Source: Catajapyx aquilonaris (lineage: Eukaryota). From it: a stretch of DNA of 64,000 nucleotides. A model generated the notes under the pieces. It ran no database searches and was not told the origin of the DNA. It saw only the letters and a list, made by a program, of their open reading frames with translations. The translations under genes were made by a program, and so were the position numbers. Positions within the stretch are counted from its first letter, which is position 1. Each line of letters begins with the position of its first letter. Below are positions 1-13,430 of the stretch, piece by piece. The stretch is from contig KZ537994.1 in assembly GCA_000934665.2 (NCBI GenBank), positions 1 to 64,000 on the forward strand. Reading direction: 5' to 3'.

Positions 1-87
1 AAAAGTAACCCCCGATATGCTAATTTAAGGCGGCGTAGGGGCCTTCCCCTGGATTTCTATAAGGGACAAACATCAGACAAACTTCCT

Positions 88-175
88 TATTTATAGATAT
101 AGAGAAGAAGATAGAGATAGAGATAGAGAAGATAGAGAAGATAGAGAAGAGAAGAGATAGAGAAGAAGAAGATGA
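88..175. repeat. Purine-rich simple repeat (TAGAGA/GAAGA)n
   Basis: Direct reading of tandem tagaga/gaaga units. Confidence 0.8.
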
Positions 176-996
176 TCTGGCGCAGGGCACCTATTAGCCT
201 TGTTCCCATTTGCGGTCTGTAAATGACCTTTACGGCGAGTTGAATTAGAGGAAAGCGGAGTTTCCGGAAACTCAATTTGAATAACACGGTGAAGAAATCG
301 GACAGGCTTCTGCGCCTGTATGCCCACAATTTTAGTGCAGTAGTGTCTGTACCACTGTAACGGGCAAACCTTTGCGCAGGTTTTTCCAAATTAATGACGC
401 CAAAGAGGATGACGACGAGTTTCGCGACAAAAGAATTAGGTTCTCTTCGAAATGCGCCTACCTTCTTTTTTTTGCAACTGTCGTTTAGCCAGTGCTCGGA
501 ACAGGGGCCAATCGGAGGCATCATGGTAACAATGCATCCAGGTAACAATGGGCAGGGGCCAATCAGAATATGGCGGTAACAACGTGTGGGCGGAGCAATG
601 AGAGGGCTTATACACACACCGCAAGCATTTTAATATTACGGTATAGATAGAACCATTTAATGGTAGTTTACTGATGTTAAATAGTAGTTTTATGATTAGT
701 GCACAGCAGCAGCATCTTCGGGTATGGATAATGTTGTCAGCATTGGTTGAGAAATTATTACTCGGATACTACATAGGCTACACACTTTATTAGAGAGTAA
801 GGGAGGTTTTCTAATTGGAAAGCTGCACTTGATTACTCACATCCTACAGCAATATAACGTTTTTAAAAAAATCATTCACACAAAATATGTATACAAAGTG
901 CTTGTTTCATGAGCTTGTAAAACCATAGCTTACACATCGCACCATTCATGGACAATATTTTGTACAAAACTATAGCAGGCTTTACTTTATACGTTA

Positions 997-3098
997 TTAT
1001 GCCCACTTCTGAATCTCCTCAACAAGAGCTCTGAGGGAATCTTGTCGCGCCTCGTATCTCAAGAGAATAAGTTCACGAAACTGTCGCTCTTCCTCAACAT
1101 CCTTCTTCAGCAGCTCATATATCTTCTCCAACACTTCTGCCTTCCGTTTCCGCCCCCCTGATGGTGGTGGCTCTGTGGTATCCGAAAGTTGTATGAGACT
1201 AGCAGCACCTTGTGCTTGGTTGCCACTAGACGTGGGTGTACCCAGTGCTCGAGAGAGTTCATCCTTATTCATGAGAGCCACTACCGCTTCATAGTGGGGG
1301 CAATGCTTGTTCAACCCATGCTGTCTAGCTGTGGTGGCAACTTTAACGTCCCTCACTAAGTTGCGCCACTTCTGGTGGCAGGCGTCGGCATCAACGTGCA
1401 GACCAGTGGTTTCCTTAAGATGTTCTGCTATGTCTGCATACACTGCCTTCTTCTTAGATGATCCACTGAAGCTACCAGTGCTCTGTCGCTCTCTGATAAG
1501 GCGCAGGAGTTCCTGCACACTCCCAGTGTCCCATTTCACCCCTTTCATCTGGCTCCCTGCAAGACCATTTAGGAGCATTAGTTCAAAAGTAGTGAAAACT
1601 AACAGTGTGCTTACAAGTCAAAGCCGTCATCGGACATATCTGTACAACAATGTGAAATGTCAGACATAACAAGGGCAAGTCCAATTATTTCTCATTACGA
1701 CAGTACAACCAAGTACTGCTTTGTTTCATGGAACAATACATCAAGTGGACGTGCCCCATAACTGTACGGCTTCTTGTAAACACCTATGAATGCACAAATT
1801 ATGGCACCTGCAAAACTGGTTGAAGCTGAGGCACCTCCTGGAAACTTGCTGGCTTCTTCCTGTCCATTTTGAACACTCTCCAGGTGACTTAGAATTTGTC
1901 TCACTTTCTGCCTCACTTCTGGGTTTCCCGTAGTGGTGCACTGCAATTTCTCCCAGTGCACAAGGCACTGGAGACCTGAAAAGTGTTGGCCAACTACCCT
2001 GCTCATTTCAGCTGCAATGCTGTCCATCAGGGCACACGGAGGAGTTGGAGAGGAAGAAGATTGAATTCGGATAAACTGACCGTCCTTGGCACTACTCTCT
2101 AACAATGTCAGAAGAGAATTGACAGCTGAATCCGTCCAATCAACACTGTCATCACTTCCTGAGGTTTCCCGAGAACAGTCGCCTTCTTGGCAGCCCACGT
2201 CGTCGTCATCGCTCCCTTGTTCACCCTCACCTCCCATCCTGGACCTCACTGCAATAGCAGCCACTTGCACCATGTGAGGAATGTCCTTCAAATTAATACC
2301 CTTCTTCGCAAGCACCCGATAGCTCCGCACGAGGTTGCGCCACTTCTGGTGGCAAGTCACAGAATCAACATTCACTCCGTTGTCTCTCAACTGACTTGCT
2401 ACCAACTCAAACACATCCTTCTTCTTGAGCGACGTGGAAGAGTTGCCCATTAGTCCATCCCTAGTCTGATCAGCCAGAAACGCCAGAAGCTTAGACGTGT
2501 TATCCTTGTCCCATTGGAACCGCGCACCTGACTGATTCACTGGAAAATAATTAAGTGCAACTCACATTCATGTAGAATAAGAATAAACTGTGATGTACAA
2601 CTGCAACTCAAGTTTTTCATAATATATGCGGTAAAGTTTGTTCGCATGTCTACTGAGAGTACTGAAACTTGGCATACTGATGGCTTATGAGCCGCTGATT
2701 CATGGCAAAGTCCTAATACACAAAATTTAGGATTTTTTTTTCCCCCATGGTATGCAGCAATTGAGGCTACCCACTCTAAGTATGACATGAAGTACCTGAT
2801 GTGTCCAGATTATCAACGGGTGCTGCTGGATCCAGATCATTGTTGCTGCCTTCCGGTAAAATCAGGACCGTCTGATCTGTAAGGTGAAGCAAGTGAGTAA
2901 CCCTGTCACACCTGCGCAACCTCGCCACAAACCTAGTACAGCGACAGCCTGAGACGACGAAGGCGACGTATCCACATCCTGCTGCCAGCACCCGTGGTTG
3001 AGACAGGCAGGCTTGGTGGTGAAGATGACGCTGCACTTCCCGCACTGGAAGTACACTGGCCGACCTGGCGTGCTGCCCTGCTCAACCTCTGACCCCAT
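997..3098 (-). CDS. Myb/SANT-like (trihelix/MSANTD-type) DNA-binding protein with three SANT-like domains, N-terminal CxxC..H..C finger and C-terminal coiled coil
   Basis: Phase-consistent GT-AG exon model: 3098-2933, 2876-2796, 2539-1740, 1639-1615, 1556-997. Repeated W..(LL.L)...IA..L...G...C.(Q/H)KW(R)NL motifs (WDKDNTSKLL..CHQKWRNL; WTDSAVNSLL..CLVHWEKL; WDTGSVQELL..CHQKWRNL). N-terminal FQCGKCSVIFTTKPACLNHGC. Confidence 0.8.
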
Positions 3099-3306
3099 CT
3101 TTTCCTTTTCCACAGTTGAAAAAAATACACGACCTCAACTTCGAAGGACAGTGGTCAGCGCCATATTAGGCCAACCCAGTCACTCGAAAATCTATCGGAA
3201 GAGGCGCTGCAAACGCGGACAATCTGAACGCACCCTAGCGTTTACACGGTCAAGCTACACGCATGCGCATTTGCCATTCCACGTGCCATTCCGTTTATAC
3301 GTTCCA

Positions 3307-3465
3307 AAATGGTGTCGCTCCGGTGGGAATGTAGAAATGGTGTCGCTCCGGTGGGAATATAGAAATGGTGTCGCTCCGGTGGGAATGTAGAAATGGTGTC
3401 GCTCCGGTGGGAATGTAGAAATGGTGTCGCTCCGGTGGGAATGTAGAAATGGTGTCGCTCCGGTG
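3307..3465. repeat. 28-bp minisatellite (AAATGGTGTCGCTCCGGTGGGAATGTAG), about 5.7 copies
   Basis: Head-to-tail units start at 3307, 3335, 3363, 3391, 3419, with a partial unit at 3447. One substitution in unit 2; no spacers. Confidence 0.95.
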
Positions 3466-4642
3466 CTGATATGGTGTCTCTCCGAAGCGAAACCATTTTA
3501 AGTTGGCAGTATGACGTGATTTGCGAGTGAAGTCAGCTGCTGCGAGTGCGTAAAGGTCTTAACTATCTTTTGTTAATTAGGCTCGTACCTTCTAGATTCT
3601 TTACAGGCTGTAGCTTACAGTGTGTGTGTTTTTTTAGAAACCTGTTGGTGTACTGTATGGCGAAAGTTACGTGACGTTGCTGTGTAATAGATGCGCAGAC
3701 TTGGAAGGAAACTAGCTCTAGTTTTGTAATTGTAGTGCACAGCTTGTCAGGCTGAGAGGCATTGTTGGGTTGCTGATAAGATAAATGGAGTGTTTTGCAA
3801 GGGAGGGGTTGCAGTGTCGTCAGTTTTTGTGGGGCTGTGTGTCACTTGTCACATGACGTGTGCTTGGGTTGATGGGTTGGGTTTTAAATTGCAAAATTTG
3901 TCTAAGTAAGGAAAGAGGAAAATCCAGGGTAAAGTGAGGCAAAGCAAGCATAAAACCAGTCAGACTTTATATTAAAGGTAGGTCTTGCCGATATGATGTA
4001 AAATTTTGAAGCAGCTGTCAGATTTAGTGATGTAAAGAAGGAAGGCGGTCAACAAGAAAATATTTTCATGTCTACTGGACTAATGATAGTATTATTATTG
4101 ACAGTACCGTACCCACAGTACCATACACTGTAGTTAGATTGCGAAAAACTGGAGACATATTGGCGGAAAATAGTTTGCGTGTAACTGAAATCATTCTAGT
4201 AATCATCAGGAGAGTTCAGAAGTCAGGAGGTAAACAACCGACCTCTGACTTTGAGAGTCCAGAGTACAATCCCAGAATATAGAATTATAATTTTTTCGCA
4301 TTATGAGGAGCAGCATTGCTGAATTATCCGCTGTGCTTGCTGCATTTAAGGCTGTGAGGTGGGTTAAAGTGGGATAATGAAAATTTCTGTGTAGGAGATC
4401 TGACATACACGATATCAATTTACAACAAATTTTCATCTTGCTGTTCATGTCATTATTTCAGGGAAGGTATTTGCAGACTTTTTCTAAATGGCGATGTTGT
4501 TCTCTTTTCAGTGGCCTGATGTTGAGTTGGGCCGCATGGACCAATTGACTTCGATTTAGTGTTGTGACTTATGAGTGAGGAACTGCAAGCCGGAGTGCTG
4601 CTGCTGTGATATGAATAACTACACTCCAAGGAGAAAGGAAGA

Positions 4643-5031
4643 ATGGAGAACAACAATAAGGAGGCACTCAAGCTGCTGAACATGTCAGACACCAACTCGG
4701 AGTCGGAAATTCCCGAGTTCACGCTGCCACCAAAGACCAGAAGAAAAGTTAGAGTGAAAAAGTAAGTTGGTTCGTAGCGTACATAATTATGACAACTAGC
4801 CTAGATATCGTCTGCTTTCTAAATAAGGAATGTTGATCTAAATTAACAGGAAACCACGTGCAGGCTTGGGTGCGAATGGTCGCAATGGACATCACTTCAA
4901 GTTGCCCACCCTCTGGCAGAGCATTGCAACTGCAGCGTGGTTATTGCTGGCTGGATGGCTTGGCACCCTCTTCTGGTACTCCCTAAACCTGCAGGCCCAA
5001 GTACAGCGATTATCGCAAGATCTCAAAATGC
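4643..5031 (+). CDS. Alternative N-terminal cassette (cytoplasmic tail + TM) of the EFCAB14-like gene, isoform A
   Basis: Exons 4643-4761 (MENNNKEALKLLNMSDTNSESEIPEFTLPPKTRRKVRVK) and 4850-5031 (KPRAGLGANGRNGHHFKLPTLWQSIATAAWLLLAGWLGTLFWYSLNLQAQVQRLSQDLKM). Both donors are GTAAGT. The phase-1 end is compatible with the acceptor at 9780. Not in the ORF track. Confidence 0.7.
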
Positions 5032-8000
5032 GTAAGTGTCTTTGAATTTTATCAGCATGGTGCGGACATGTTTTTCTTCACATTGAATTGTGGTGTTATT
5101 GCATCCTAGGCAGTGTAAAGTGTTAGGAGGAAAAAATTCATTGCAAAAGTCAAAGGCAATATATGGTTGTTTTTGTGTGATATGTGTCAAACATTTACAG
5201 TGTGGTGTGGCAAGTGCAGGAAAATAATATCACGAAGGGAAAAACTAACTATGCATGATGAATTTCTGAATCATGTTGGTAATTACACGCCTCATTCAGA
5301 ATGTGAGGATGTTATTGGAAAAATACAAGACAGTATACTAGCAGGATACCTGGCGTTGGCCAGGAAATAAGGAATTCAGTTGATGACCACTTGGTTGTGA
5401 GCTCAGATGACCTTGGAGGGAAAATCTGATGTCACTCTTATCTGCATTTTGAGAGTCAACAAACACTTTTGAACCTCATTTTAAAATTGATATATTGGTT
5501 CCCTGAAGCTGTACGGTCAATTTTTAGTAATTTTAGCTGTATTTTATCCGGTCCTGTGATTGCAGATGACCTCAAAGGTCACATCCAATATGCCCATGAT
5601 TAGCATCGAGCATTACCCCCACTGATCCTTCTTTGATTTGATTTGCATGGGGAGCAGACAAATGAACAGACATGTGTTCACAAGTGTGTTGTTAGATTTT
5701 GCCGTTGCACTGGGAAAAAGCACATCTGCACATTGCAGTAAAGTTGTGGAGTTGCAACACAACATGACCTTGCCACAGGATGCAGACGTGACATTTTTTC
5801 AGGGATGACTGTGGTCACACATAGGAACATGTTTCCGGTAATAAATTAGCTACCTGAAGGTTTTACTGCTCTGTTAATGCAGGGTTGTTTCCAATTTACC
5901 TACACAATTTACCCCTAGCATAACAACAATTTGATCTCAGCGGATCTGAACTATGAGAAGGTGGATAAAACAGTAGCTCATTAAAAAATTTGCACTCTAT
6001 TAGTATGTTGCCATAATGAGGGGCCATTAATATTTGGTAATGAATGTGTGGTTTCATAGTCAAGAGTCCTTCAGTAGTGCCTTATCATGAGCACTGCCTG
6101 AATATGATGTAACTTAATATGAATTCATCTGCCATCCCCTCCAGTCTGGGAAATTCGTGAATTAAATTTTTGAACTGGAGAAAATCATTACTAGGCACGT
6201 GGTGATTCTCAAAGTGAGACTTTACAGAGACATGACAAGCGCTTCATGTTTCGGGACAACGAGAATGAATACCGTACCTCTTTTGTATCAGGATTGTAGG
6301 CCTGCGTCGTGTTGGTTGGTATTACTGAGGAAATGTTATAATATATTACTTGTCATGTTCCATGTAATTTCGATGTTCGTGTTTCATTCATTCATTTTGG
6401 ATTGTATTCTGAGGGGCCTTAGGGACTTTAAAGACAACTTTTAGTCCAGTGAGACTAGCTAAATACCTAAAAGCACTTATTCAGAAACGCAGAATTGACT
6501 TACAGCCTCGAAGTCCGAAACCAAGTGAGACTAAGAAAGGAACATGGTGGGGGGCAATTTTGGTTGCATCATGGTTGTCTATGTCATGAGTTACTCTATC
6601 TCTGCAGAAAACAGTTGTTTACTGTATTTATAACGAGCAATATTTTATCACAAACTTCTGCAACCTCTGATTGAAGCATCACATTTTCTTTTGCGTATTA
6701 CATCTACGATTTTCTCTCTCGTGCTGGATATTTTTCTTGATTTTATGGCCAACACCAGGATTCACTCTGGGGTATTTCTCAATAAATGTGTTGCAACCAC
6801 TTTTCTTCCTCTCCACCCAATCCTGCCTCACAAGAAAAAAAAATATGATCGGCATAAATATCAGAAAGCAAGTTTCCTGAGATTCACTGGCAGGTTTGTC
6901 TTCATAAATTAATTTCTGGCGTGAAAGGCTTGGTACTGAAATATTGGGCCTCTGGATGAGAATAGGACATTATGCCATCCCCATCATGTTTATCACGGGA
7001 ATACCTGTGTGTGAAAGAATACGCGGCCATTTCCGTGCAAATATTTTATAGGCAGGAAGCACTTCTAACAACATATCACTCCCCAGAGATATTTGTAAAA
7101 ATACTGTATGTGGCTTTGTACACCTGATCCTAGAAGCTATGATTCCCCTGAGATTAGTGAAGAATAATGAGTTAATAAACTATAGGCAATGTACAGTACC
7201 TCCAGAACTGCCTTCATTGTATATGGTGAATCCCACCTTTAGGCACTAAAACCCTCGCGGACTTTATTACTACATTAATGGTTTTCAATGTGACATGTAA
7301 TCACATGACGTAATCCAATTTGCCATCGACTCTTCCCAACCTGACCTTCATTTCAGCCCAGAATATTCCATGGCACTGTACATTGTACAATGCAGTTTGC
7401 AAATAGTGTAATATTAGTTCAAAAGGTGGCGACGACCTGTATGGTGTTGATATAAAGCATTTGACCTGCCACATGCTTTTTCCACATCTACATCAGCATG
7501 TTTTTTTTTTTTCTTCTTCTTCAACTCATCTCCTGTTGATACCTGTTATCAGCCCGTTATCAGCAATTTACTACCTTCGTAAACCTGAACCTTGCTCACT
7601 TCCAGTTATTTTTCCAACTCAATATTCGTCCTTGGCAATTTGGTGTTTCTGACATGTGCTTACAAAAGTTGACTCTTTAGTCAGTGAAGATAACGGTTTT
7701 ACATCGATCGAGTAAGGTATGTGCAATGCTGGGCGGAAAATAATTAATCATTTGACGTTTGATCGTGCTTTTTGAGTCATTTAGATGATGTTAAAGATAT
7801 AGAGAGTCGGATGCTGCCACCTGTGTGCGCAATGGGAGTCTTGCCATAATTATGTGAGTAGGGCAAACGGCGATGCCTCTAGTCGGATCAATAGTACGGC
7901 AGAAGACCCAAGCCAGTCGAAAGAAGCAACCTCCCACCAACCAAGTGTTATGGGAACCTATAGAGGAAACTCTCTGATTGTTGATGTGTCGTCCTCGCGT

Positions 8001-8064
8001 TTTTTGGTCGCGCATTGTGTCGCGATTTAATCCGTTGTGAGACTCGAAAGATTTTCATTCCCGG

Positions 8065-11033
8065 ATGGATACGACCGAGGATTCACGTTTGCAGAATTTA
8101 TTTGTGAGTGTAGCTATGGAGACTATTTTGCTGTAGGGTGTCTGCATTGTCGGGTAGTTGAAAAGTGAGGTGCACACGTAAGGATTGTTTAATTACCCCC
8201 GTTGCGTCGTGAGTATATACAGTCGTACTGTACAGCAATCATGCACGCGCTTAATTACTTTGCTCGATACACCATCTGAAAGAAAAGTCATTTGCTGCAT
8301 AATACTGAGGACATTGATATTTTTCTGTCCGTATTGTAATCAGCGTTGCTCATCGATTAATAACGAGTATGGCACCGTGTTATCGATTGATTTTTATCAG
8401 ACTACTTGCACTCAACCTCTGTCTACAGCATTTTGACACGCGATATCAATAAATAGCAGTACACCCGACCTCTTTTGGCGGTCCTCATCCCCGTCTTAAC
8501 GCTAATCCCGCGGTATTTCCAAACCCCAAACGTGCGATAAGACGTGTAAATTGCCATGGCCATGAAATCGGCGCAATCATACCTTGGAAATTAGCATACA
8601 TGCTAATGTGCAGCATAAGACCGCGTCTTATCGCAATTAGGTTAGGAAATAGCAGGACTCCCAGAAATTTATGAGTACTCATGTCGTCTTGCTCGATTCC
8701 CGCGCAAAAATTTGATGTTTGTTGCTCGAAGCTGACTGGGGAAAATTGTGTACAGTCCTGTGGTGTAATGAAATTAGGAAATGAGGTCTTATCTACAGTA
8801 GTTTAAATTTAATGGGCAGCTGATTATAGTGAGCTGGAAAAGTCTTAATTTTCATGGCGACAGGTCCCAGTGACAGAGCAAATGTCTGCTCCAAGAGCTG
8901 TAATGAAGCGTATGAAGAAGCGAAGGGAACTGGATGCCTTGATGACAGGTAGTGGTCGACGGGTGTCGGTCGCATCAGTGTCTGATGATGATTCGTCAGA
9001 TGGAGAGGCTGATGCGGAGGATCTTCGAACACCTCCATCTCGCTCACGAATGAGGGTATGGGTGCGATCACGTCATGCTTCCTGCAGCACGTGCGTCACT
9101 GTGGTTCTTGCCTCACTGGGACTTGGATTGGCTCTTACCGCCACGCTTCTCTGGCTACATGTTGAAGTTCGTGGAGATCTCACAGCTCTACGACATCAGT
9201 TGGCCAGAGGTATATCTCCTCAGGTTGTTCTTTATGAACACTGTTGATTCCTTTAGTTCCATGGATAATGATTGTTGCATCGTGGTTCAGTTTACTTCCT
9301 ACACATGTTTTTTTTACTGTTGCATAGTCTTAGTTATGTACAAAAGGTCTACTTTGTGATATGCTCTGGGCCTATTTGGTGATAAGTGATAACACTAATA
9401 GCTCTAAAGTGAAGTGTTTATAGAGTGACAGGCAGTGGAGCCAGATGCTTGCATGTCCTGATGGGAATGAAATGGGTTATTCTGGCAAGAACGGTTTCTC
9501 TACATTATTTACCTCCTTGCCTATGAAACGTTGATGTGAAACTCAAACAAGTGTCCTACTGGTATTCGAAGGTGATGTGTTCTGCACTTGCCACATTTAA
9601 TTGAAATAATAATGATGTTCATGCTACGGACTTTATTATTTGCTGCTATTATGTATAGTTTTGTTGAACAGTTTGCACTATGAAGGTTCTGATTTGCTGA
9701 CTTATTCTACACTGAACAGTGTGAAGAATCTCATATAAAATATTTTATCAGATTATTAATTTATTTCTTTTATTTTCAGAGGAAGCGAGGAACCAGAATA
9801 TGCCAGAAGCCATGCACGAATACCATGGAATGTTGCAAGATTTGCAGAAGAATCACACCATAATATTTGGACACATACTTTCATTTACAACGCAGTTTGA
9901 TGCCTTGGGAAAGCAGCTAGCAATCTTGGAAAGAGAATTGGAGAACCTTCAAGATCGCTTGAAAGCATCTCCAGAATTAGTGCAGCTACCAAAAGACTTA
10001 CAAGCAGTTCAAAATTCTGTTGCTTCATTTGGAAGCAAAATAAGTGACTTGGAAAGCACCACACAGAGCCTCAGATCTCAACAAGAAAATTCTCAAGTAT
10101 CAATCCTAGAAATCAATGGCAACATCACAGCTTTGAAGGTTGTCTCCGTTTTATACGTATTTTTATAATCAATTTTTACCTAACCATTGCAAGTTGACGA
10201 TAAAATGTGTCTCTCTTGTAACAGAATGCAGTCAACCAGATCAAGCATGTGTCGCAAGACACCCAGTCTACAACAAGTGCTCAGGTATACGAGGCCAAAA
10301 ATGCAGCAATTTGGAGCAACTTGACCAGGTTAGGGAGCAATCTGGACTCTGTAAATAAGACCCTCTCTGGAAACCTCCAGTGGGCTGAGGATGACCTTCA
10401 TAAACATCACGTAAGTTGATACTATTTACAGTATATAACTCTGCTTACTCAATAAAAATGAAAACTACTGCCTTTTGTTGTAACTTGTAAGTGCACTTAT
10501 TTTTTTATTGTTCTCCTTTTCCACAGGCATTAATTTTAAAACTGCAAGATACCTCGCAGAACCTGAGTGCAAGGATTTCTACAATTGAGACAGCACATGG
10601 AGCCTGGGAAAGTCTTCTTTTAGCTGTGAATAGCACTGCAGAGCAACTTGCAAGCCAAAGCAAGAAACTGGTAGTATTGCAGGGCAGGTTGGACAATATT
10701 CAGAAAGATGTAAGTGACCTACATAATGAAGAAGCAGTGCTGAGAGAAGAGTTCAAAGAATATAAGGAGCAGAGGGGAAGCAGTGTGGTCAACCCCAGTA
10801 CAAGGCAACCTCTGGAACATAGTAGCTCCAGGCAGTCAGTTGCAGGTATAATGAATTAATGCAGTACTAGAATGTGTTTGCAATGCGCTTGGAGCATGCA
10901 CTGGATGGCAAGTCCTCAAGACACAAACCGTGTATCTTTTTCCATAGTGCCTGAGCCAGTGACCGACCCAAGCAGTGCCAAGTCACAAAGTTCTGCAGCC
11001 ACTACTCCAGATAAAGAGGAACCAAGGACATGA
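8065..11033 (+). CDS. EFCAB14: EFCAB14-like type II membrane coiled-coil protein (isoform B), no EF-hand visible
   Basis: Exons 8065-8103, 8864-9209, 9780-10138, 10225-10410, 10527-10845, 10948-11033, all GT-AG and in phase. MKKRRELDAL, LRTPP, the TM ending LWLHVEVRGDL and LVQLPKDLQAVQNSVASFG resemble EFCAB14 as I recall it (MKKRKELNAL...LISLPTTVEGLQKSVASIG). AATAAA at 11351. Confidence 0.8.
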
Positions 11034-13430
11034 CAGTTTTTGCTTTCAAATATGAAGTACCAGCGAGACGATGTTTAATGTGTACATTTGTAGGAAGAGG
11101 TACTGGGTCACTCAAAAAGATTGGGACAACATTAAAATTTGCTTCTATGCAAAATCGTATGAAGCTTTTTAAGTGATGTAGTACAGCAAAGGGAATGCCT
11201 GTAGTATTCTCTGTTGCTAGGGACGGTGCAGTGGCAAAATCATGTGACTCTATGTTGCAATGATTATTGTAATTCCAGCAAGGTACTTCACACCATGCAA
11301 AGGACCAAATGTCACATCAATTTTAATTAGGTGCACACTTATTGACATTCAATAAAATAACATTTGTTGTGCCAATTATGAGGTGAACTGTTTAAAGATT
11401 AAAATGGATATTTGTCTTGTACAGGTTGGTGCTTATCTTTTGTTTAATCAAGGTGATTGTAAGTCAACTGTGAATAACTGGAAGAACAGTACAAGATATT
11501 CCTTACTCCCTGCCATATTACATTAATACAAGTGTGCCAGATAGACAGTGTTACTGGTAATTTCTATAACCAACTTTCCTGCTGTAGAGTATAAGCTGTT
11601 ACATACATAATTGTTTTGCTGTAGGGTAGACAGCAGAATTGGTGCATGGATGATTAGCATAAAACTTATAGCAGACAAATGAACTGAGTCAATCTCTATG
11701 AGGAACAAACGAAAGAAATGTCATTTCTCCCCTGGAGCAAAGGAGAGTTATGAGCTATTCTCATATCCATTGAAAGTATAGTGTTTTCATCCACTTGCAT
11801 ACTGGTACCTCTTTGCATCCAAGAATTTAGTGTATGTCACAGGAACAGTCCTCATGCAAAGAGGAGCAGAAACTGAGGAAAAGACCTCTTCCTTCAGATA
11901 TAAGAATACGTAATTAGTCTGCCAAATCAAAGTTACTGCTGTATGTCCCCTTTTCATAGATTTTTTTTTTTTAACTTCTAAAATACATGTAACTTGTGCC
12001 ATAAGTGGCTGCAGAGAGCAACGTGGGACTAAAACTTATGGCTTGGCCCCTGATTACTTATATCGAACATGTCTGGTCACTTTTGAGACTTCCCATATGA
12101 CTGGTATATCTACTGGTTAAGAGAATTCACTAGTTTCAGTAAGTTACTCCATACTCCTTACATTACATACATACCTTACATACCTTACATTACCGGTACA
12201 GTACGTAAGTCCATTACATGAATGTGCAGCATGCAGCATCAAGAGTTGTATTGAATCAAAAAATTGTTGGGGAGTAGAGCACATTCCTGCAGAAATGCTG
12301 GCCACAGCATGTTTCTCTCTGGAAGTCATCCATGAAGCTGTTACCATCACCAATCCATCTTATGTGAGTTTTGCAGCCGAAACTATTTCTTATTGCTGGC
12401 ACTTTTTTTTTGGGGGGGGGGGGGGNGGGGGGTGCCTTACCAGAGCCTGCTATGCATTCTTGTACAATGTTAAGTCAACCATGAGTATGAAAACTGGCCA
12501 GGTCACTGTCTTTATATACCTGTGTGAGCTATTACATTGCAGGGGCTATGCAATATTCTGTGGCTCTACAGGGCCACATGAATATATGAAAAAAATGTTA
12601 TAATTTTTAAATTGGTTAATAAAATACAGAATAAGAGGAAATGCTTTCTTGTACAGTACAAGTAGAATACCTTTTCTGGATTAATAGATCATGGGATACG
12701 ATTATGCAGTCTGTGTTGCAATATCTCCCCAGCTGTTACAGCACTGCAGATAAATTGCTTAAAAATAGTAATACACGTGCATTTTTCAGGTAACACAGTA
12801 TGTTGGGGTGTATTCTGGGCACTCAATGGAAATAACACTTTATCTCAATCTGTGGCTTCGCAAAAATACGATTTTCTGTTTCCGGACCAGCCAACGTAAG
12901 TCCGGCCAGCAAAATAAGATATGACACGACATATGAACACTTCATAACAATCGCAATATTTTCTTGTGTTGTGTTGCAATAGCACACACTCTTTGGGTGT
13001 ACATTTAATGTGACGCAGTACGCAAATCTTTTGGTTTGATTTTGCGAATTATGCCATGCCATATTGTTTCAAGTCAGATTTGGTGGGTGATGGCGAGACT
13101 TTTTGGACGAAGTACTGCATGAGCAATATTCAAGAAAATGACTCACGAGGAATGCACTCCCTACGACGCATATGTAAACATAAAAAACATTTACATTTGC
13201 GACCAATGACAAAGTGATCCAGGTTAAATGTTTTGCAAAAAAAAATAGAACAAAAAGATCCACCGAATCAGTCAAAATATGACATTGTTTCAGTAGATAG
13301 CACGTTTCCCTCTTGTAATTCTGGATTTTTAACTCTTTTTAATGTTCCATGTAACCTCTCACTCACATGGGCATTTCCACTACATTACTGTTATGATAAG
13401 TACATGCTGGGAGAGAGTGTCAGTATCGCA

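Noticed and set aside
87..617. 176-aa minus-strand ORF
   Set aside because: Runs through a simple repeat and promoter-like motifs; no recognisable domain.
3307..3465. CRISPR-like array of 28-bp repeats
   Set aside because: Units are contiguous with no spacers, there are no cas genes and the context is eukaryotic.
12405..12432. Poly-T/poly-G run
   Set aside because: Contains an N (12426); length is unreliable and probably a sequencing artefact.
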